A stretch of DNA of 64,000 nucleotides from Terrimicrobiaceae bacterium (GCA_041752695.1 JBGSVZ010000027.1:1-64000); one strand, 5' to 3'. Shown: positions 41,586 to 52,518, numbered from the stretch's first letter. Notes: generated by a model from the letters alone, not told the origin. Numbers and translations: made by a program.

Positions 41586-42686
41586 ATGGTCCGTCCCCCC
41601 AAAAAACTTCATGCCATATATGGCGCGCTCCGGGAGGAGATTGTGGCCGGTATCTGGACCGTCGGCTCGAAGTTGCCGAACGAGACGGAAATTGCGCAGC
41701 GGTTCGGGTGCAGTTTGGGAACGGTGAGCAAGGCTCTGGCCCTGCTGGTGCATGAAGGATTTGTGGAGCGCCGGGCTCGAGCCGGGACCACGGTCATTTA
41801 CGGGACCGCAGAATCTTCCGCGGCACTCGGGCAGCTCGACGCCTTTGCTTTCATTTATCCCAGCGAACAACACGAAGGCATCTGGCGCACGGTGAAAGGA
41901 TTTCAGGATGCGGCCCGCGAGGCCGGCCGGCGGGTCGTGATGCTGACAACCGGCTTGGATTACCAGAAGGAAACCGAATTCATCGCGCGACTGTCCGAGT
42001 TCGACGTCCGGGGCGCGGTCGTCTATCCCATCATCCCGACCCCTCAGGACCAGGTCCACTTTTCCCAGCTGCTGGTGGATTCAAAATTTCCCGTCGTGCT
42101 CGCGGAGGTGAACCTTCCGGGCCTGGGATGTTCCTCGGTTGTGATCGACGGCTTCCACGCCGGCTACACCATGGCTCGCCACATGATTAGCCGCGGGGCC
42201 AGGCAAATTGGCTTTTTCTCGAACTTCGCCTGGGCGCCCTTCATGAGGGACCGTTATCAGGGGTATCGCTGGGCGCTCGAAGAGGCCGGAATGGGAGAGC
42301 CTGCGGGTGGCGTCTTTCTGGACACCACGATGAATCCGGACTTTCAAAATCCCCTCGCGGAGCCCACCGCCCTCGCGACGAAATTTTTCGAGACTGCGGG
42401 AAAACTGGATGCCGTCGTTTGTGCGGACGATTTCCTCGCCTTGGGCTGCATAACCGCCGCCCAACAGCGGGGGTGGAGTGTCCCGGACGATCTTCTGGTC
42501 AGCGGGGTGGACGACTACAGCGCCCTAGCCTCCTCGCATGGGGTGCCCTTGACGACCTACCGCATTCCTTTTGAAGAGATGGGTCGCGAGTCCTTCGCGA
42601 TGCTTGATCGGGTGCTGCAAATGAAGTCAGCCCCCTCCCTCGAACACCAGATTCGCGGCGAAATCGTCATTCGAAAGAGCGCTTGA
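41586..42686 (+). CDS. GntR-HTH / LacI-type effector-domain regulator (AraR architecture)
   Basis: GSKLPNETEIAQRFGCSLGTVSKAL HTH; DGFHAGY, RYQGY, AVVCADD, VPDDLLVSGVDD, LTT..IPFEEMG. Confidence 0.92.
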   Translation: MVRPPKKLHAIYGALREEIVAGIWTVGSKLPNETEIAQRFGCSLGTVSKALALLVHEGFVERRARAGTTVIYGTAESSAALGQLDAFAFIYPSEQHEGIWRTVKGFQDAAREAGRRVVMLTTGLDYQKETEFIARLSEFDVRGAVVYPIIPTPQDQVHFSQLLVDSKFPVVLAEVNLPGLGCSSVVIDGFHAGYTMARHMISRGARQIGFFSNFAWAPFMRDRYQGYRWALEEAGMGEPAGGVFLDTTMNPDFQNPLAEPTALATKFFETAGKLDAVVCADDFLALGCITAAQQRGWSVPDDLLVSGVDDYSALASSHGVPLTTYRIPFEEMGRESFAMLDRVLQMKSAPSLEHQIRGEIVIRKSA

Positions 42687-42750
42687 AAAATCCCTTGGTC
42701 CAATTCCTTTCCCCAAACCCCATCGCCGTTCCATCCCAACCCCACATCCT

Positions 42751-44811
42751 ATGAAAGCTGTATCCCCAACCCCCATCCCTTCACCCAAACATCGGACACT
42801 CGCCCTCGCCCTTTCGGGGGTGTTGTTAACGGCTTTGCCCGCTTCGGCGGCGACAAAAACCTGGCAGGGATCGGCGGGTAGCGCCGATTGGCTCACGGGC
42901 GCGAACTGGCTCACTGCGGGAGCCCCCGCTTCGAACGACTCCCTGGTTTTCACCAACGCAAACGCCTCCCCGTCGAATACGCTGACGAATACGCTAACCT
43001 CGAGTGCCTTCACCATTGCAAATATCACATTTGATGCCCTTGCCCCCGCTTACACAATGACGGGCAACACCTTCCGGCTTAATGGTGTTGATAACAATAG
43101 TGGGGCCCTGCAGACGTTCAGCAATACAGGCGGATTGATCTCAAATGCGACTACGATGAATTTCAATGCCACTAGCGGGAATATTGAAATCACGACGGGC
43201 TACAGGCTGATGAACAGCGGTGCGAGGGCGCTCAATATCAATGGCGGCACGCTCACCCTTGGCAGCCTGGAACTCATGGCGACTGGCGCAGGCAGCGGGG
43301 CGACCACAACCACGATTGGAGGAACCGGAAATTTGAATGTGACCGGAGCCGTGACCAATCTCTCGGGGACGGCAACGATCAGCTACACAGGCAGTGGGAC
43401 ACTCACCCTGGGCGGAGTAAATACCCACACTGGAGTTACGACGCTGGGAGGGACGGGAACCCTGGTGCTGGGAAACAGCCTCGCTCTCCAAAACAGCACA
43501 TTCAACCGGCCCGGCACTCCGGGCGGAAACAACCTGACCACCGTGGTGTTTGACAGTGCGGTCGCGAGCCACGCCTTCACCTTCGGCGGACTTTCGGGGG
43601 GCAATTCGACTGCCGGTCAGATCTCCACGCTTACGCTGACGGATAACGCATCCAATGCGGTTGCCCTGACGATCGGCAACAATAATGCGAATGTCACCTA
43701 CAGCGGCATTATTGCGGGAACAGGCAGCGTCCTCAAGGTCGGGACCGGCACCCAGACTCTGTCGGGGGCCAATTCGTTTTCCGGAGGGCTCACGATTCGC
43801 GAAGGCGGCGTGGTCAGCTCAAGTTTCACCCAGGCTCTCGGGGGAAACACTGGACTAGTAGCCCTGGGGGATGCCCTCACGAATTCCAACGTGACATTGC
43901 AACCTCAACTAGGTGGGCAGACTTTTGCAAATCCGATAGCGGTGGGAAATGCTTCGAACAGCAATGTGTATGTTTCCACCCTCCAATTCGGCAGCGGCAA
44001 TGGAGGCACTTATGCCGGAGCGATTCAACTGAACAGCCATGATCTGGCCATCAATACGGGCTCAACCTCGGCGGCCGTCACATACAGCGGCACCAGCACG
44101 GGGACAAGTGGATTTGCCACGGGCGTTAGCGGCACGGGAAATCTGATCCTTAACACGGTCGGAGCCACCGCTTTCACCATCAGCAACGCGACGGGGAACC
44201 GGGTTAACAACGTAGGCTCTGTCACCCACACGGGCGGCGGATCGGGGACGGTCACCATTGCCGCACCGATTGGCGTGAATGTCACCTCGCTGACGCAAAA
44301 CAGCGCCACCTCAAATTTGATCCTTTCGGGATCGAATGCTTATACGGGGGATACCAATGTGACGCTCGGAACGCTGGTCCTTGCCTCCACGGGTTCGATT
44401 GTCAACAGCACGAGCGTCAATCTCAATGCGGGGGGAACCTTCGACACAACGGCGCAGAGTTTCACGATGCTAAGTGGCCAGACATTCGAATTCACCCTCG
44501 ATCCCTCCGCGGCCGGGTCGGCGGGTCTCCTCAATGCGGGTGTTCTGAATATCACTTCGGGAGTGGTGGACTTCGTCGCACTTGGACCGCTGGATGATGC
44601 GGCCTATGTCATCGCCAACTACACGTCCCTGACGGGCGCGGCTTTTGCCACGGTGAATAGTCTGCCAGGCGGCTACAACCTCGACTACGCCTACAATGGC
44701 GGAACGCAGATCGCGTTGGTCCTGGTGCCGGAGCCCAGCACCTGTCTCCTCGCCGGGATCGGACTGGCCGTGATCCTCGTCCGGGCGCGGCGTACCCGGG
44801 CGCGGGTTTAG
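42751..44811 (+). CDS. PEP-CTERM surface protein with autotransporter-associated beta-strand repeats
   Basis: Signal peptide; GTGTLTLGG.NT.TG / KVGTGTQTLSGANSFSGG repeats; Thr/Ser/Asn/Gly-rich; C-terminal VPEPST + TM helix + Arg-rich tail. Confidence 0.9.
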   Translation: MKAVSPTPIPSPKHRTLALALSGVLLTALPASAATKTWQGSAGSADWLTGANWLTAGAPASNDSLVFTNANASPSNTLTNTLTSSAFTIANITFDALAPAYTMTGNTFRLNGVDNNSGALQTFSNTGGLISNATTMNFNATSGNIEITTGYRLMNSGARALNINGGTLTLGSLELMATGAGSGATTTTIGGTGNLNVTGAVTNLSGTATISYTGSGTLTLGGVNTHTGVTTLGGTGTLVLGNSLALQNSTFNRPGTPGGNNLTTVVFDSAVASHAFTFGGLSGGNSTAGQISTLTLTDNASNAVALTIGNNNANVTYSGIIAGTGSVLKVGTGTQTLSGANSFSGGLTIREGGVVSSSFTQALGGNTGLVALGDALTNSNVTLQPQLGGQTFANPIAVGNASNSNVYVSTLQFGSGNGGTYAGAIQLNSHDLAINTGSTSAAVTYSGTSTGTSGFATGVSGTGNLILNTVGATAFTISNATGNRVNNVGSVTHTGGGSGTVTIAAPIGVNVTSLTQNSATSNLILSGSNAYTGDTNVTLGTLVLASTGSIVNSTSVNLNAGGTFDTTAQSFTMLSGQTFEFTLDPSAAGSAGLLNAGVLNITSGVVDFVALGPLDDAAYVIANYTSLTGAAFATVNSLPGGYNLDYAYNGGTQIALVLVPEPSTCLLAGIGLAVILVRARRTRARV

Positions 44812-44860
44812 AAGGTTTTCACAGGTCCGATCCCCCCACACTCGCCAAAGCCATCCCCCA

Positions 44861-45565
44861 GTGCAACTAAGACCCGGCAAGCCATCCTTCCCCCTCCGCC
44901 CGAGGGGCTTCACCCTGGCCGAGATCCTGGTGACTATAGGGTGCATCGCGATTCTGGCTTCTCTTCTGCTCGGGGTGACGACCCGGACCAAGGAAACGGC
45001 GAAGTCCCTCAAATGCGCCTCCAACCTGCGCCAGATCGGTGCGGCCGCCCTTTCCTGGTCCGCCGACAACGAGGGAAAAATCGTGTCCGCCTATGAGGAT
45101 TTCGAGAATCAGAAAACCTGGGCCTACAAACTGGCACCCTATTTGGATGCGAGTCTGCCGGACACGTACAGCGCCGACATCTATAATGCCGCGAGCGCGC
45201 CGGCCGTCCTGAAAATGCCGGTGCTCAGGTGCCCGAACCAGTCACCGGATAAGAACTGGCCAGGATACGGTTATAATAGTGATTATCTCTCCCTGTACCG
45301 GACATCGGGCAATCCCAAGCGCTGGGTCCGCTACAATCAGGTCCAGCATCCGGCGCGGACGGTGATGATCACCGACCAGTCTCAGGTGAATACGACGCGC
45401 TGGGTGCCTTTCGTGCGTCCGCCTTCGGGACTGAAGGATGCAGTGGTGGATTTTCGTCATGCGGGAAAGACCGCTAATGTTCTTTGGGTGGACGGTCATG
45501 TGTCTGCCGAAAAGGCGGACGGGGAATTGATGAACACGGACAACCGCAACTGGAAAATCGATTGA
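44861..45565 (+). CDS. Prepilin-type (type II secretion/type IV pilin-like) protein with H-Xn-DG C-terminal motif
   Basis: RG|FTLAEIL cleavage site, CASNLRQIG, YGYN, FRHAGKTANVLWVDGHV (H-X10-DG). Confidence 0.88.
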   Translation: MQLRPGKPSFPLRPRGFTLAEILVTIGCIAILASLLLGVTTRTKETAKSLKCASNLRQIGAAALSWSADNEGKIVSAYEDFENQKTWAYKLAPYLDASLPDTYSADIYNAASAPAVLKMPVLRCPNQSPDKNWPGYGYNSDYLSLYRTSGNPKRWVRYNQVQHPARTVMITDQSQVNTTRWVPFVRPPSGLKDAVVDFRHAGKTANVLWVDGHVSAEKADGELMNTDNRNWKID

Positions 45566-46716
45566 CTACTCCGTGCCTCATCCCTCCCCGCGAAGGCGTG
45601 GACCTCGATGCTTTGCGGGAAGCGCTCGTCGCCCAGCCCGGGTTTCGCGAGCAACTTCGGCAGGCGGCAGACCGGGCTGCAGCCATCCCCCGCCTCACCG
45701 TGGTGGATAAGACGACGCGCCCCTACAGCGGCGAGGCGCATGATTACTTAAGCTTTGGGCCCTACTGGTGGCCCGACCCCGCCCAGCCTGACGGTCTTCC
45801 CTACCTGCGGCGGGACGGGGAAACCAATCCGGTATCCGGGGGTGACCGCCCTCTCTTGGAAAAGCTGCAAGCCGCGGTTGCCGTGCTGGCAGTGATGTCT
45901 CGGGTGGAAAACTCCGCGCACTATGCCCGTCAGGCAGTCCGGCTCTTGCGGGGCTGGTTTTTGGACCCCAACACCCGGATGAATCCGCATCTCTGCTTTG
46001 CCCAGGGAATTCCCGGGATCTGCGAGGGCCGGGGTATCGGCATCATTGACACCTGGGGACTGTGTTTTCTGGTGGAGGACATCGGGTTGCTGGAGGGAAG
46101 CGCGGAGTGGACAAACGAAGATCTTGCCGGTGTAAAGGCCTGGTTTTCAGCCTATCTGGACTGGTTAGTGGAAAGCCCGGAAGGGCGGCAGGAATGCGCG
46201 GAGGCTAATAATCACGGGACGTGGTATGATGCGCAAATTGTCTGTTTCGCCCTCTTCTGCGGACGGGAGGAAATTGCCCGCCGCCAGATCGATAAATTCA
46301 CCCGTCTTCGCATCGAACATCATTTCCAAGCGGACGGCAGCCAGCCCCACGAATTGCACCGCACCCTTTCGCTGACCTATGGCACCTTCAACCTTCTGGG
46401 GTTTGCCTGTGTCGCCCGTGCCGGGGATCGCCTCGGTCTGGACCTGTGGAATTGGGAGTCGCCCAGTGGCGGCAATATTCTCCAGGGGGTGCGGTGGATG
46501 CTGCCTTATTATTTGGGAGAAAAGTCCTGGACCTGGCCGCAAATCGCGCCCTTTCGCACCGCGCGTGCGGCACTGTTACTGGGGCTGGTGGCGAGGAGCA
46601 GAGCCGATACCGCATTTGCTGACGCCATGCATTCGGTGAGTCGTCATCCCTGGGACGGCGTCTCCGTCTGGGAGCTCCCCCCAGACATCTCATCCTCTCA
46701 AGAATCTCCTCTATGA
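45562..46716 (+). CDS. Alginate-lyase-family polysaccharide lyase (PL5-like alpha/alpha toroid)
   Basis: HDYLSFGPYWWP, PYLRRDG..NP, RMNPHL.FAQ, NNHGTW, QPHEL.RT; TTG start overlapping the upstream stop; no evident signal peptide. Confidence 0.85.
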   Translation: MTTPCLIPPREGVDLDALREALVAQPGFREQLRQAADRAAAIPRLTVVDKTTRPYSGEAHDYLSFGPYWWPDPAQPDGLPYLRRDGETNPVSGGDRPLLEKLQAAVAVLAVMSRVENSAHYARQAVRLLRGWFLDPNTRMNPHLCFAQGIPGICEGRGIGIIDTWGLCFLVEDIGLLEGSAEWTNEDLAGVKAWFSAYLDWLVESPEGRQECAEANNHGTWYDAQIVCFALFCGREEIARRQIDKFTRLRIEHHFQADGSQPHELHRTLSLTYGTFNLLGFACVARAGDRLGLDLWNWESPSGGNILQGVRWMLPYYLGEKSWTWPQIAPFRTARAALLLGLVARSRADTAFADAMHSVSRHPWDGVSVWELPPDISSSQESPL

Positions 46717-47402
46717 AAAAACGAATCCTCCTCCCCATTTTCCTGAGCTGCACGCTGTTGTCGGTCGGCTTTCTTCACGCGCAGGAAAGCTTTGAGATTA
46801 GTGACACGTTCGAAACCGGAAGCCCGGGAATGGTCGTTCCCCTTGAGGGAACGGCGACCGCCATTGGAGAGGTCTCGTGGACGGCGTCCAAAAACGTTCA
46901 GATCAAAAAGGACGACACCGCCAGCTATGTGACAACGGCAGACACGCGCGTCTATTGCGCCAGCGTCCCTCTTCCCTCACCCAAGGGAACCGTGACCGTG
47001 GAAGGAACCGTGAATCCTGTATCCGGGGCGGACCGAAGCAATTGGGCAGCCATCGGTCTGGGAGCACGGAACGGAAGTTTTACCTGGGAACAGGGGCTTT
47101 TCCTCCTCGTTGACAGCGCCGGGAGTTACGAGGCGGCCGTGAATGTTCCGGGCAAAGGCCACACCCGCCTGCAAAGAGGGAAGGTCCCTGACCTGGAAGA
47201 AGGGAGCCCTGTCCGGCTTTCCCTCGAGTATGATCCGTCCTCCCGGACGGTGAACGCGTCCGTCAACGGAGTGCCCGTGATGTCGGGCAAGGTTTTGGAA
47301 GCCGATCAAAAACCGAGCCTGGATTGCGCGGGATTTTCGGGATTTTCCCAGAAACCCGGTTCGCTGGTGATCAACCAATTCCGCGCCTCGGGCACCAAAT
47401 AG
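46713..47402 (+). CDS. Secreted hypothetical protein, beta-rich (lectin/ConA-like fold suspected)
   Basis: Signal peptide ending LHA-Q; alternating beta-strand pattern; ATGA-coupled within the operon. Confidence 0.6.
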   Translation: MKKRILLPIFLSCTLLSVGFLHAQESFEISDTFETGSPGMVVPLEGTATAIGEVSWTASKNVQIKKDDTASYVTTADTRVYCASVPLPSPKGTVTVEGTVNPVSGADRSNWAAIGLGARNGSFTWEQGLFLLVDSAGSYEAAVNVPGKGHTRLQRGKVPDLEEGSPVRLSLEYDPSSRTVNASVNGVPVMSGKVLEADQKPSLDCAGFSGFSQKPGSLVINQFRASGTK

Positions 47403-47420
47403 CTCTGGCGAATATCCCTC

Positions 47421-49697
47421 ATGACGACTGATCTGAAAGTGAAAGCCTGTTATTCGGCCATAGTTCTTGGCCTGGTATTAGCCGTTCCCATTCTCTTCGG
47501 AGAAGAGACGGACAAGAAGCCTGCTACCGCATCCTCCGGAGAGATGGTTTTTCGCTTGGACCTTTCCGATCCCGCCATTCGCGAGACTCTGGAGAAACAG
47601 GGGGGAGTCATTTCCAACGAAGGACCGGACGGGGTGCCTGCGGTGAGGTTCCAGGTCTTGCCCGGAGACGCGGGAAAAAGAGAACGCATGGCGCACTTTG
47701 TCCTGCCGGTGGAGAAACTTCAGGGGGCGCGTATTATGATGACGGCTAAGGTGAGGGGGGAGTCCCTCAACAGCCCCGACCCCAAACTTCCTTTACCGGG
47801 GTATCTCGGCGGCAAATGCCAGTTCTTTCTCAATACTCCCGGGCGCGGGAAACGCTGGCTCGATGCGCGGGGCCTCCATGGCACCTTTCCCTGGCGCGAG
47901 GTGAGCATGCTGTGCGGAGTACTCGACGATGCGACGCAAACCCAGGTGCGCATCGGGGTGGAAGGGGCCACCGGATCGCTCTGGATTTCGGATCTCAAGC
48001 TGACCATCGTGCAGCCGAAAGCCGTGCGGATACTGCCCGAGGGACAGGTTAAGTCAACCCCGACGAAGAAGCGCGGAATGATGTCGCCGCATCGTTTTGC
48101 GGAGAAGGATTTCGACGACATGGCGGCGTGGAACGTCAATGCCGTACGCTGGCAGATGGCCAAAAAGCCGGATGATCAACGTCCGTATGCCGAATGGCTT
48201 GATGCCGAACTCGACGATCTGGCGCTGGCCTTGGATGCCGCGGCGGCCCGCGGAATCAAGATTGCCGTGGACATGCATTCGGTTCCGGGGGACCGGCTGC
48301 CGGACCGCACCCATCGGATGTATGTGGAAAAGGAGCACCACGATGCCTTTATTGCCGCGTGGGAAAAAATCGCGAGGCGTTTCAAGGGGCATCCCGGCCT
48401 CTGGGCGTATGACCTCGTCAATGAGCCGGTGCAGAATTACCCCTCCCCTCCGGAGCTGCCCGACTGGCTGGGCATTCAGATCGTAGCGGGTCAGGCGATT
48501 CGCAAGATCGATCCGGATGTGACCCTGATGATCGAGGTGGATCAATGGGACAGTCCGGATTCCTTCCTCTGGCTCGATCCGGTGGACTTGCCGAATGTGA
48601 TTTACCAGGCCCACATGTACTGGCCATGGGAATTCACCCATCAGGGCATCAAGACCAATCAGGGCGGGGCGGATGGGAAGGATTTTGACAAGGAAAAGAT
48701 CGGCTATCCCAGTGGCAAGGTGCAGGGTCAGGTTCTGGATAAGGATTCCCTCCGGCGGTATCTGGCGCCGGTACGGGATTTCCAACTGGCCCATGGGGTG
48801 CCGATTTTCATCGGGGAATTCAGCGCCGTGCGCTGGGCTCCCGGAGCCGCACAGTATCTCGAGGATTGTATCGCGATCTTTGAAGAATACGGGTGGGACT
48901 GGACGTACCATGCCTTCCGCGAGTCCCCGGTCTGGAGTGTGGAGCACGCGAATCTACCCGCTGATCGGACGAATCACCCGAAGGCGACCACCCCCACGGA
49001 TCGCGAGCAGGTCTTGCGAAAATGGTTTGCCCTCAACCCAAAATCGAGCGCTGCGGCGGTCGCCACTGCTGCCCCCGAAAAGGAAGCTCCCCAGATCCGT
49101 AAGATTCTTTTTGTCGGTGACAGCATTACGTTTCATGCGCCCTCGAAAAATCTCGGCTGGACGGGAAATTGGGGCATGGCAGCGGACAGCGAAGCCAATG
49201 ACTATGTGCATCAGTTGGGCGCGCTTATTGCCCGAGCGCAGGGAACGGAGCCAGAGCTTCTTGTCCGGGCGGCGGGCGGAGGAACGCTCCCGGCGAAATT
49301 GGCCAACGCAGATGCCCTTAAGGAGGGCGACCCGGACCTGATTGTGGTCCAAATGGGGGAGAATGATAATATTAGTCTCGATGAGGTCGGTTTTCAAAAA
49401 CCTTATGAAGACCTTGTTCTGCTTTTGCGGGCGGCCCATCCGGAAGCCCGGATCGTCTGCACCGGAGTGTGGCGGGGAAAAAAGGGCAAGGATGAGATGA
49501 TCAAGGCGGTCTGCCGGAAACACCGCATTCCCTTTGCCCCAATCGCGCCGGTGGCGGCAAACGTGCAGAACCGCGCCAGCACCGGGCAATGGGAAAACGC
49601 CGGGGTGGCCTGGCATCCCAACAATGAGGGAATGGAGGGGTATGCCGACGCCATTTGGGAGGCTTTGCAGGCCGGTGACGCGGCGATCCCCGATTAG
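47421..49697 (+). CDS. Modular CBM-like + GH5 glycoside hydrolase + SGNH esterase
   Basis: NVNAVRW, VDMH, YDLVNEP (acid/base), HMY, IFIGEF (nucleophile), WTYH; C-terminal FVGDSIT..QMGEND..WHPN. Confidence 0.82.
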   Translation: MTTDLKVKACYSAIVLGLVLAVPILFGEETDKKPATASSGEMVFRLDLSDPAIRETLEKQGGVISNEGPDGVPAVRFQVLPGDAGKRERMAHFVLPVEKLQGARIMMTAKVRGESLNSPDPKLPLPGYLGGKCQFFLNTPGRGKRWLDARGLHGTFPWREVSMLCGVLDDATQTQVRIGVEGATGSLWISDLKLTIVQPKAVRILPEGQVKSTPTKKRGMMSPHRFAEKDFDDMAAWNVNAVRWQMAKKPDDQRPYAEWLDAELDDLALALDAAAARGIKIAVDMHSVPGDRLPDRTHRMYVEKEHHDAFIAAWEKIARRFKGHPGLWAYDLVNEPVQNYPSPPELPDWLGIQIVAGQAIRKIDPDVTLMIEVDQWDSPDSFLWLDPVDLPNVIYQAHMYWPWEFTHQGIKTNQGGADGKDFDKEKIGYPSGKVQGQVLDKDSLRRYLAPVRDFQLAHGVPIFIGEFSAVRWAPGAAQYLEDCIAIFEEYGWDWTYHAFRESPVWSVEHANLPADRTNHPKATTPTDREQVLRKWFALNPKSSAAAVATAAPEKEAPQIRKILFVGDSITFHAPSKNLGWTGNWGMAADSEANDYVHQLGALIARAQGTEPELLVRAAGGGTLPAKLANADALKEGDPDLIVVQMGENDNISLDEVGFQKPYEDLVLLLRAAHPEARIVCTGVWRGKKGKDEMIKAVCRKHRIPFAPIAPVAANVQNRASTGQWENAGVAWHPNNEGMEGYADAIWEALQAGDAAIPD

Positions 49698-49748
49698 CGC
49701 AGGGCGGGTTTTTCTGGCGGACGGGACCGCGGTGGAGTTTGCTGGGAC

Positions 49749-52508
49749 ATGCTCCGCCCCCTGCTCCTTCTTTTTGTCGCCATCATGATGCCGTGGACAG
49801 GTTCCTGCGTGGAACCGGAAAGGGAAATGGTGGTGTCGGCAGGCGAAGGCGGGCGGCTGCATGTGGCAGAGGGAGAGCGCATTTTTTGCACCTTTGTTCC
49901 GCTGGCGGCCAACGCCCACTGGACGTTTTTCCGGGGAGTGGCCGCGGGTCCCGTGGGGGAGGGAAAAGCGCCGTTTGCGCTCACTGTGGCAGGGGGGACA
50001 CTGGAAGGCTCGCTCGCGGTGGGTCCGGCGGAGGGCGGCGCAAGGGCGGGGTTCGTCTTTAAGGCCCGGGACCCCGTGGCCTTCCAAACGCTGGTGGTCG
50101 CGGCGGATTTCGAGACTCCCGCGCTGGCCGGCGGGCGGTGGGAGGCGGAGGGCCGGAGCGGGGTTTTCCCTGCAGAATTCGAGAAAGCGCAGGTTTTTGT
50201 GGGCGAAGTCCGGCACTTAAAGATCACGCCGCCGGGGGGACGTGAGATTCGCCTGTCGTTTCCTGTTCCGACCCTGGTGGTGCTGCAGGACGACCGCAAT
50301 TGGGGGAACGCCAATTTCACCCTGCGGATCGGCCGGGGATCGGGGCAGTTGGCGGCGGGTGAGCGTTGGGAGATCGTGATGACGGTCGAGGGAGCAAGCG
50401 CCACTCAGGAGATCCCGGCGGCGCTGCGGCCTGTGGTGATGCAGGCCGGTGAAGAATGGATTCCCCTCCAGGAGGAACTGGAAATCGTGCCGGGTTCGGC
50501 CCTCGATCTCAGCTCGCAGGGGTTCATTGACGGGCCGTGCGGGGCAAAAGGCCGGATCGTGGCCACGCCGGACGGACACTTTGCCTTTGCGCAAGAGCGG
50601 GGAAAAGCCCGACGGTTTTACGGGGTGAATTTTTGTTTTTCCGCGCAGTTTCTGCCGAAGGAAAACGTGGACCGCTTGTTGGATCGTCTTGTGCGCCTTG
50701 GCTACAACACGGTGCGCATCCACCATTACGAAGGAGAGTTGACCCAACCACCCGGGCAACCGGGGTTCACTTGGGACGCGGGAAAGGTGGACCAACTCGA
50801 TTACCTCCTGGCGGGTTGTGCGAAGAGGGGGCTGTGGGTGACGACGGATCTTTATGTTTCGCGGCCGGTGAGCGGAAGGCAAATCGGTCGTCCTGGGGAG
50901 GAGATCGGGATGGACCGGTTTAAAATTTTGGTTCCCGTTTCCGAAGCGGCTTTCCAGGACTGGGCGGCCTTTGCACGCAAATTTCTCGACCGGGTGAATC
51001 CCCACACAGGCTTGCGGTTGGCGGATGATCCGGCCATAGCGTGGCTCTCGCTGATCAATGAGGGGCCGGTGAGCCATCGCTGGACGGAACTGCGGCAAAT
51101 TCCGGAATGGCAGTCCGCGTGGACCGCCTGGCTCAACCAGCGTTTTCCGTCGCCGGAGGCCCGGGAAGCGGCCTTGGGCGGACCGGCGGCGGGCGGTGAG
51201 AAAATGCCCGAGGCCTTGGCCGGCGACAGTCCACGGGCGCTTTTGGCCCAGGCTTTTGTCGCGGAGACGGAGTTGGCGGCGTTCGAGCGGATGAAAAAGT
51301 TTCTTCGGCAGGACCTGAAATGTGAGGCCCTGCTGACCAACATGAACAACGCCGGGCCGGGGCTCGTTCCCCTGCAACTCGCGAGGAACCAGTTCGACTA
51401 TGTGGATGAGCATTTTTATGTGGATCACCCGCAGTTCCTCGAAAAATCCTGGCGGCTGCCCAGTGCGTCCCCGAATTCGAATCCCATCGCCTCGGGAGCA
51501 CAAGGTGGAACCGGCCCAGCCAGCGTGAGGCTTTTCGACAAACCGTTCACGATTACGGAGTACAATTATTCCGGACCCGGACGCTTCCGGGGGGTAGGCG
51601 GGATCCTCACCGGGGCGCTTGCCGCATTGCAGGATTGGGATGGATTGTGGCGTTTTGCCTACAGCCACAATGCGGCGACACTTTTCCAGCCAGGCCCCAT
51701 GGGGTACTTCGACCTGGTCAGCGACCCCCTCAATCAAGCTGCCGATCGGTTGTCGCTGTTTCTCTATCTGCGGGGGGATTTGGCGGTCGCTCCCAGTCGG
51801 CTCGCGGTGGAACTCGGGGAAGCAGGACTCCGGAATCCATCCCCAGGGCTCAACCTTTCAAATCTTCGTACAGCGGCGTGGCGAACGCGCATCGGCAGCA
51901 TCGTTCGGGCCCCGGGGACGCCGGATCCCCGTGGGTTCGTGAGTATCCCGCCACAAGCCAACCGAGAAGCGATCGCCACGGCATTGGAAAAAATTCCGCC
52001 CCCGCCGGAAACCGGGGTGATACGTTCCGAAACGGGCCAAATTTCCCTCTGGCCGGGCGACGCGGTGCTGGTGATCGACACGCCGAATAGCGCCGGCGGG
52101 TACGCGGATCCCGGCGGGGTGATCGCCGCAGCGGGGGTGCGGGTGGAGGACATCACGACGGGCGCGACGGTGTTCGTCAACAGTCTCGACGGGGCGCCCA
52201 TTCACGCCTCGAAGCGCCTCCTCGTCACCCATCTTACCGATCTGCAAAACACCGGCGGACGCTACGGCGAGGCGGCAAAGCGGACACTTCTCGCCTGGGG
52301 CAAGTTGCCTCATCTGGTCCGGGATGGGACCGCGCGCATCAGCATCCCGGTGGACCGCCCGGAAACGCCAGGAGTCTGGGCACTTTCTCCCGGTGGGCGG
52401 CGGGTGGAAAAGGTGGAGGCGAAAGTGGAAAACGGCCGGCTGACTTTCACAGTCAGCGTCAAAGGCGCGGAAGGCGCGCGGATGCTTTACGAAATTGCGG
52501 ACAAGTGA
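49749..52508 (+). CDS. Secreted clan GH-A (GH5-like) glycoside hydrolase of uncharacterised subfamily
   Basis: RFYGVN, GYNTVRIHH, NPHTG....DDPA, INE, DEHFYVDHP, KPFTITEYN, ALQDWD. Confidence 0.7.
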   Translation: MLRPLLLLFVAIMMPWTGSCVEPEREMVVSAGEGGRLHVAEGERIFCTFVPLAANAHWTFFRGVAAGPVGEGKAPFALTVAGGTLEGSLAVGPAEGGARAGFVFKARDPVAFQTLVVAADFETPALAGGRWEAEGRSGVFPAEFEKAQVFVGEVRHLKITPPGGREIRLSFPVPTLVVLQDDRNWGNANFTLRIGRGSGQLAAGERWEIVMTVEGASATQEIPAALRPVVMQAGEEWIPLQEELEIVPGSALDLSSQGFIDGPCGAKGRIVATPDGHFAFAQERGKARRFYGVNFCFSAQFLPKENVDRLLDRLVRLGYNTVRIHHYEGELTQPPGQPGFTWDAGKVDQLDYLLAGCAKRGLWVTTDLYVSRPVSGRQIGRPGEEIGMDRFKILVPVSEAAFQDWAAFARKFLDRVNPHTGLRLADDPAIAWLSLINEGPVSHRWTELRQIPEWQSAWTAWLNQRFPSPEAREAALGGPAAGGEKMPEALAGDSPRALLAQAFVAETELAAFERMKKFLRQDLKCEALLTNMNNAGPGLVPLQLARNQFDYVDEHFYVDHPQFLEKSWRLPSASPNSNPIASGAQGGTGPASVRLFDKPFTITEYNYSGPGRFRGVGGILTGALAALQDWDGLWRFAYSHNAATLFQPGPMGYFDLVSDPLNQAADRLSLFLYLRGDLAVAPSRLAVELGEAGLRNPSPGLNLSNLRTAAWRTRIGSIVRAPGTPDPRGFVSIPPQANREAIATALEKIPPPPETGVIRSETGQISLWPGDAVLVIDTPNSAGGYADPGGVIAAAGVRVEDITTGATVFVNSLDGAPIHASKRLLVTHLTDLQNTGGRYGEAAKRTLLAWGKLPHLVRDGTARISIPVDRPETPGVWALSPGGRRVEKVEAKVENGRLTFTVSVKGAEGARMLYEIADK

Positions 52509-52518
52509 GGCTTTTGGA

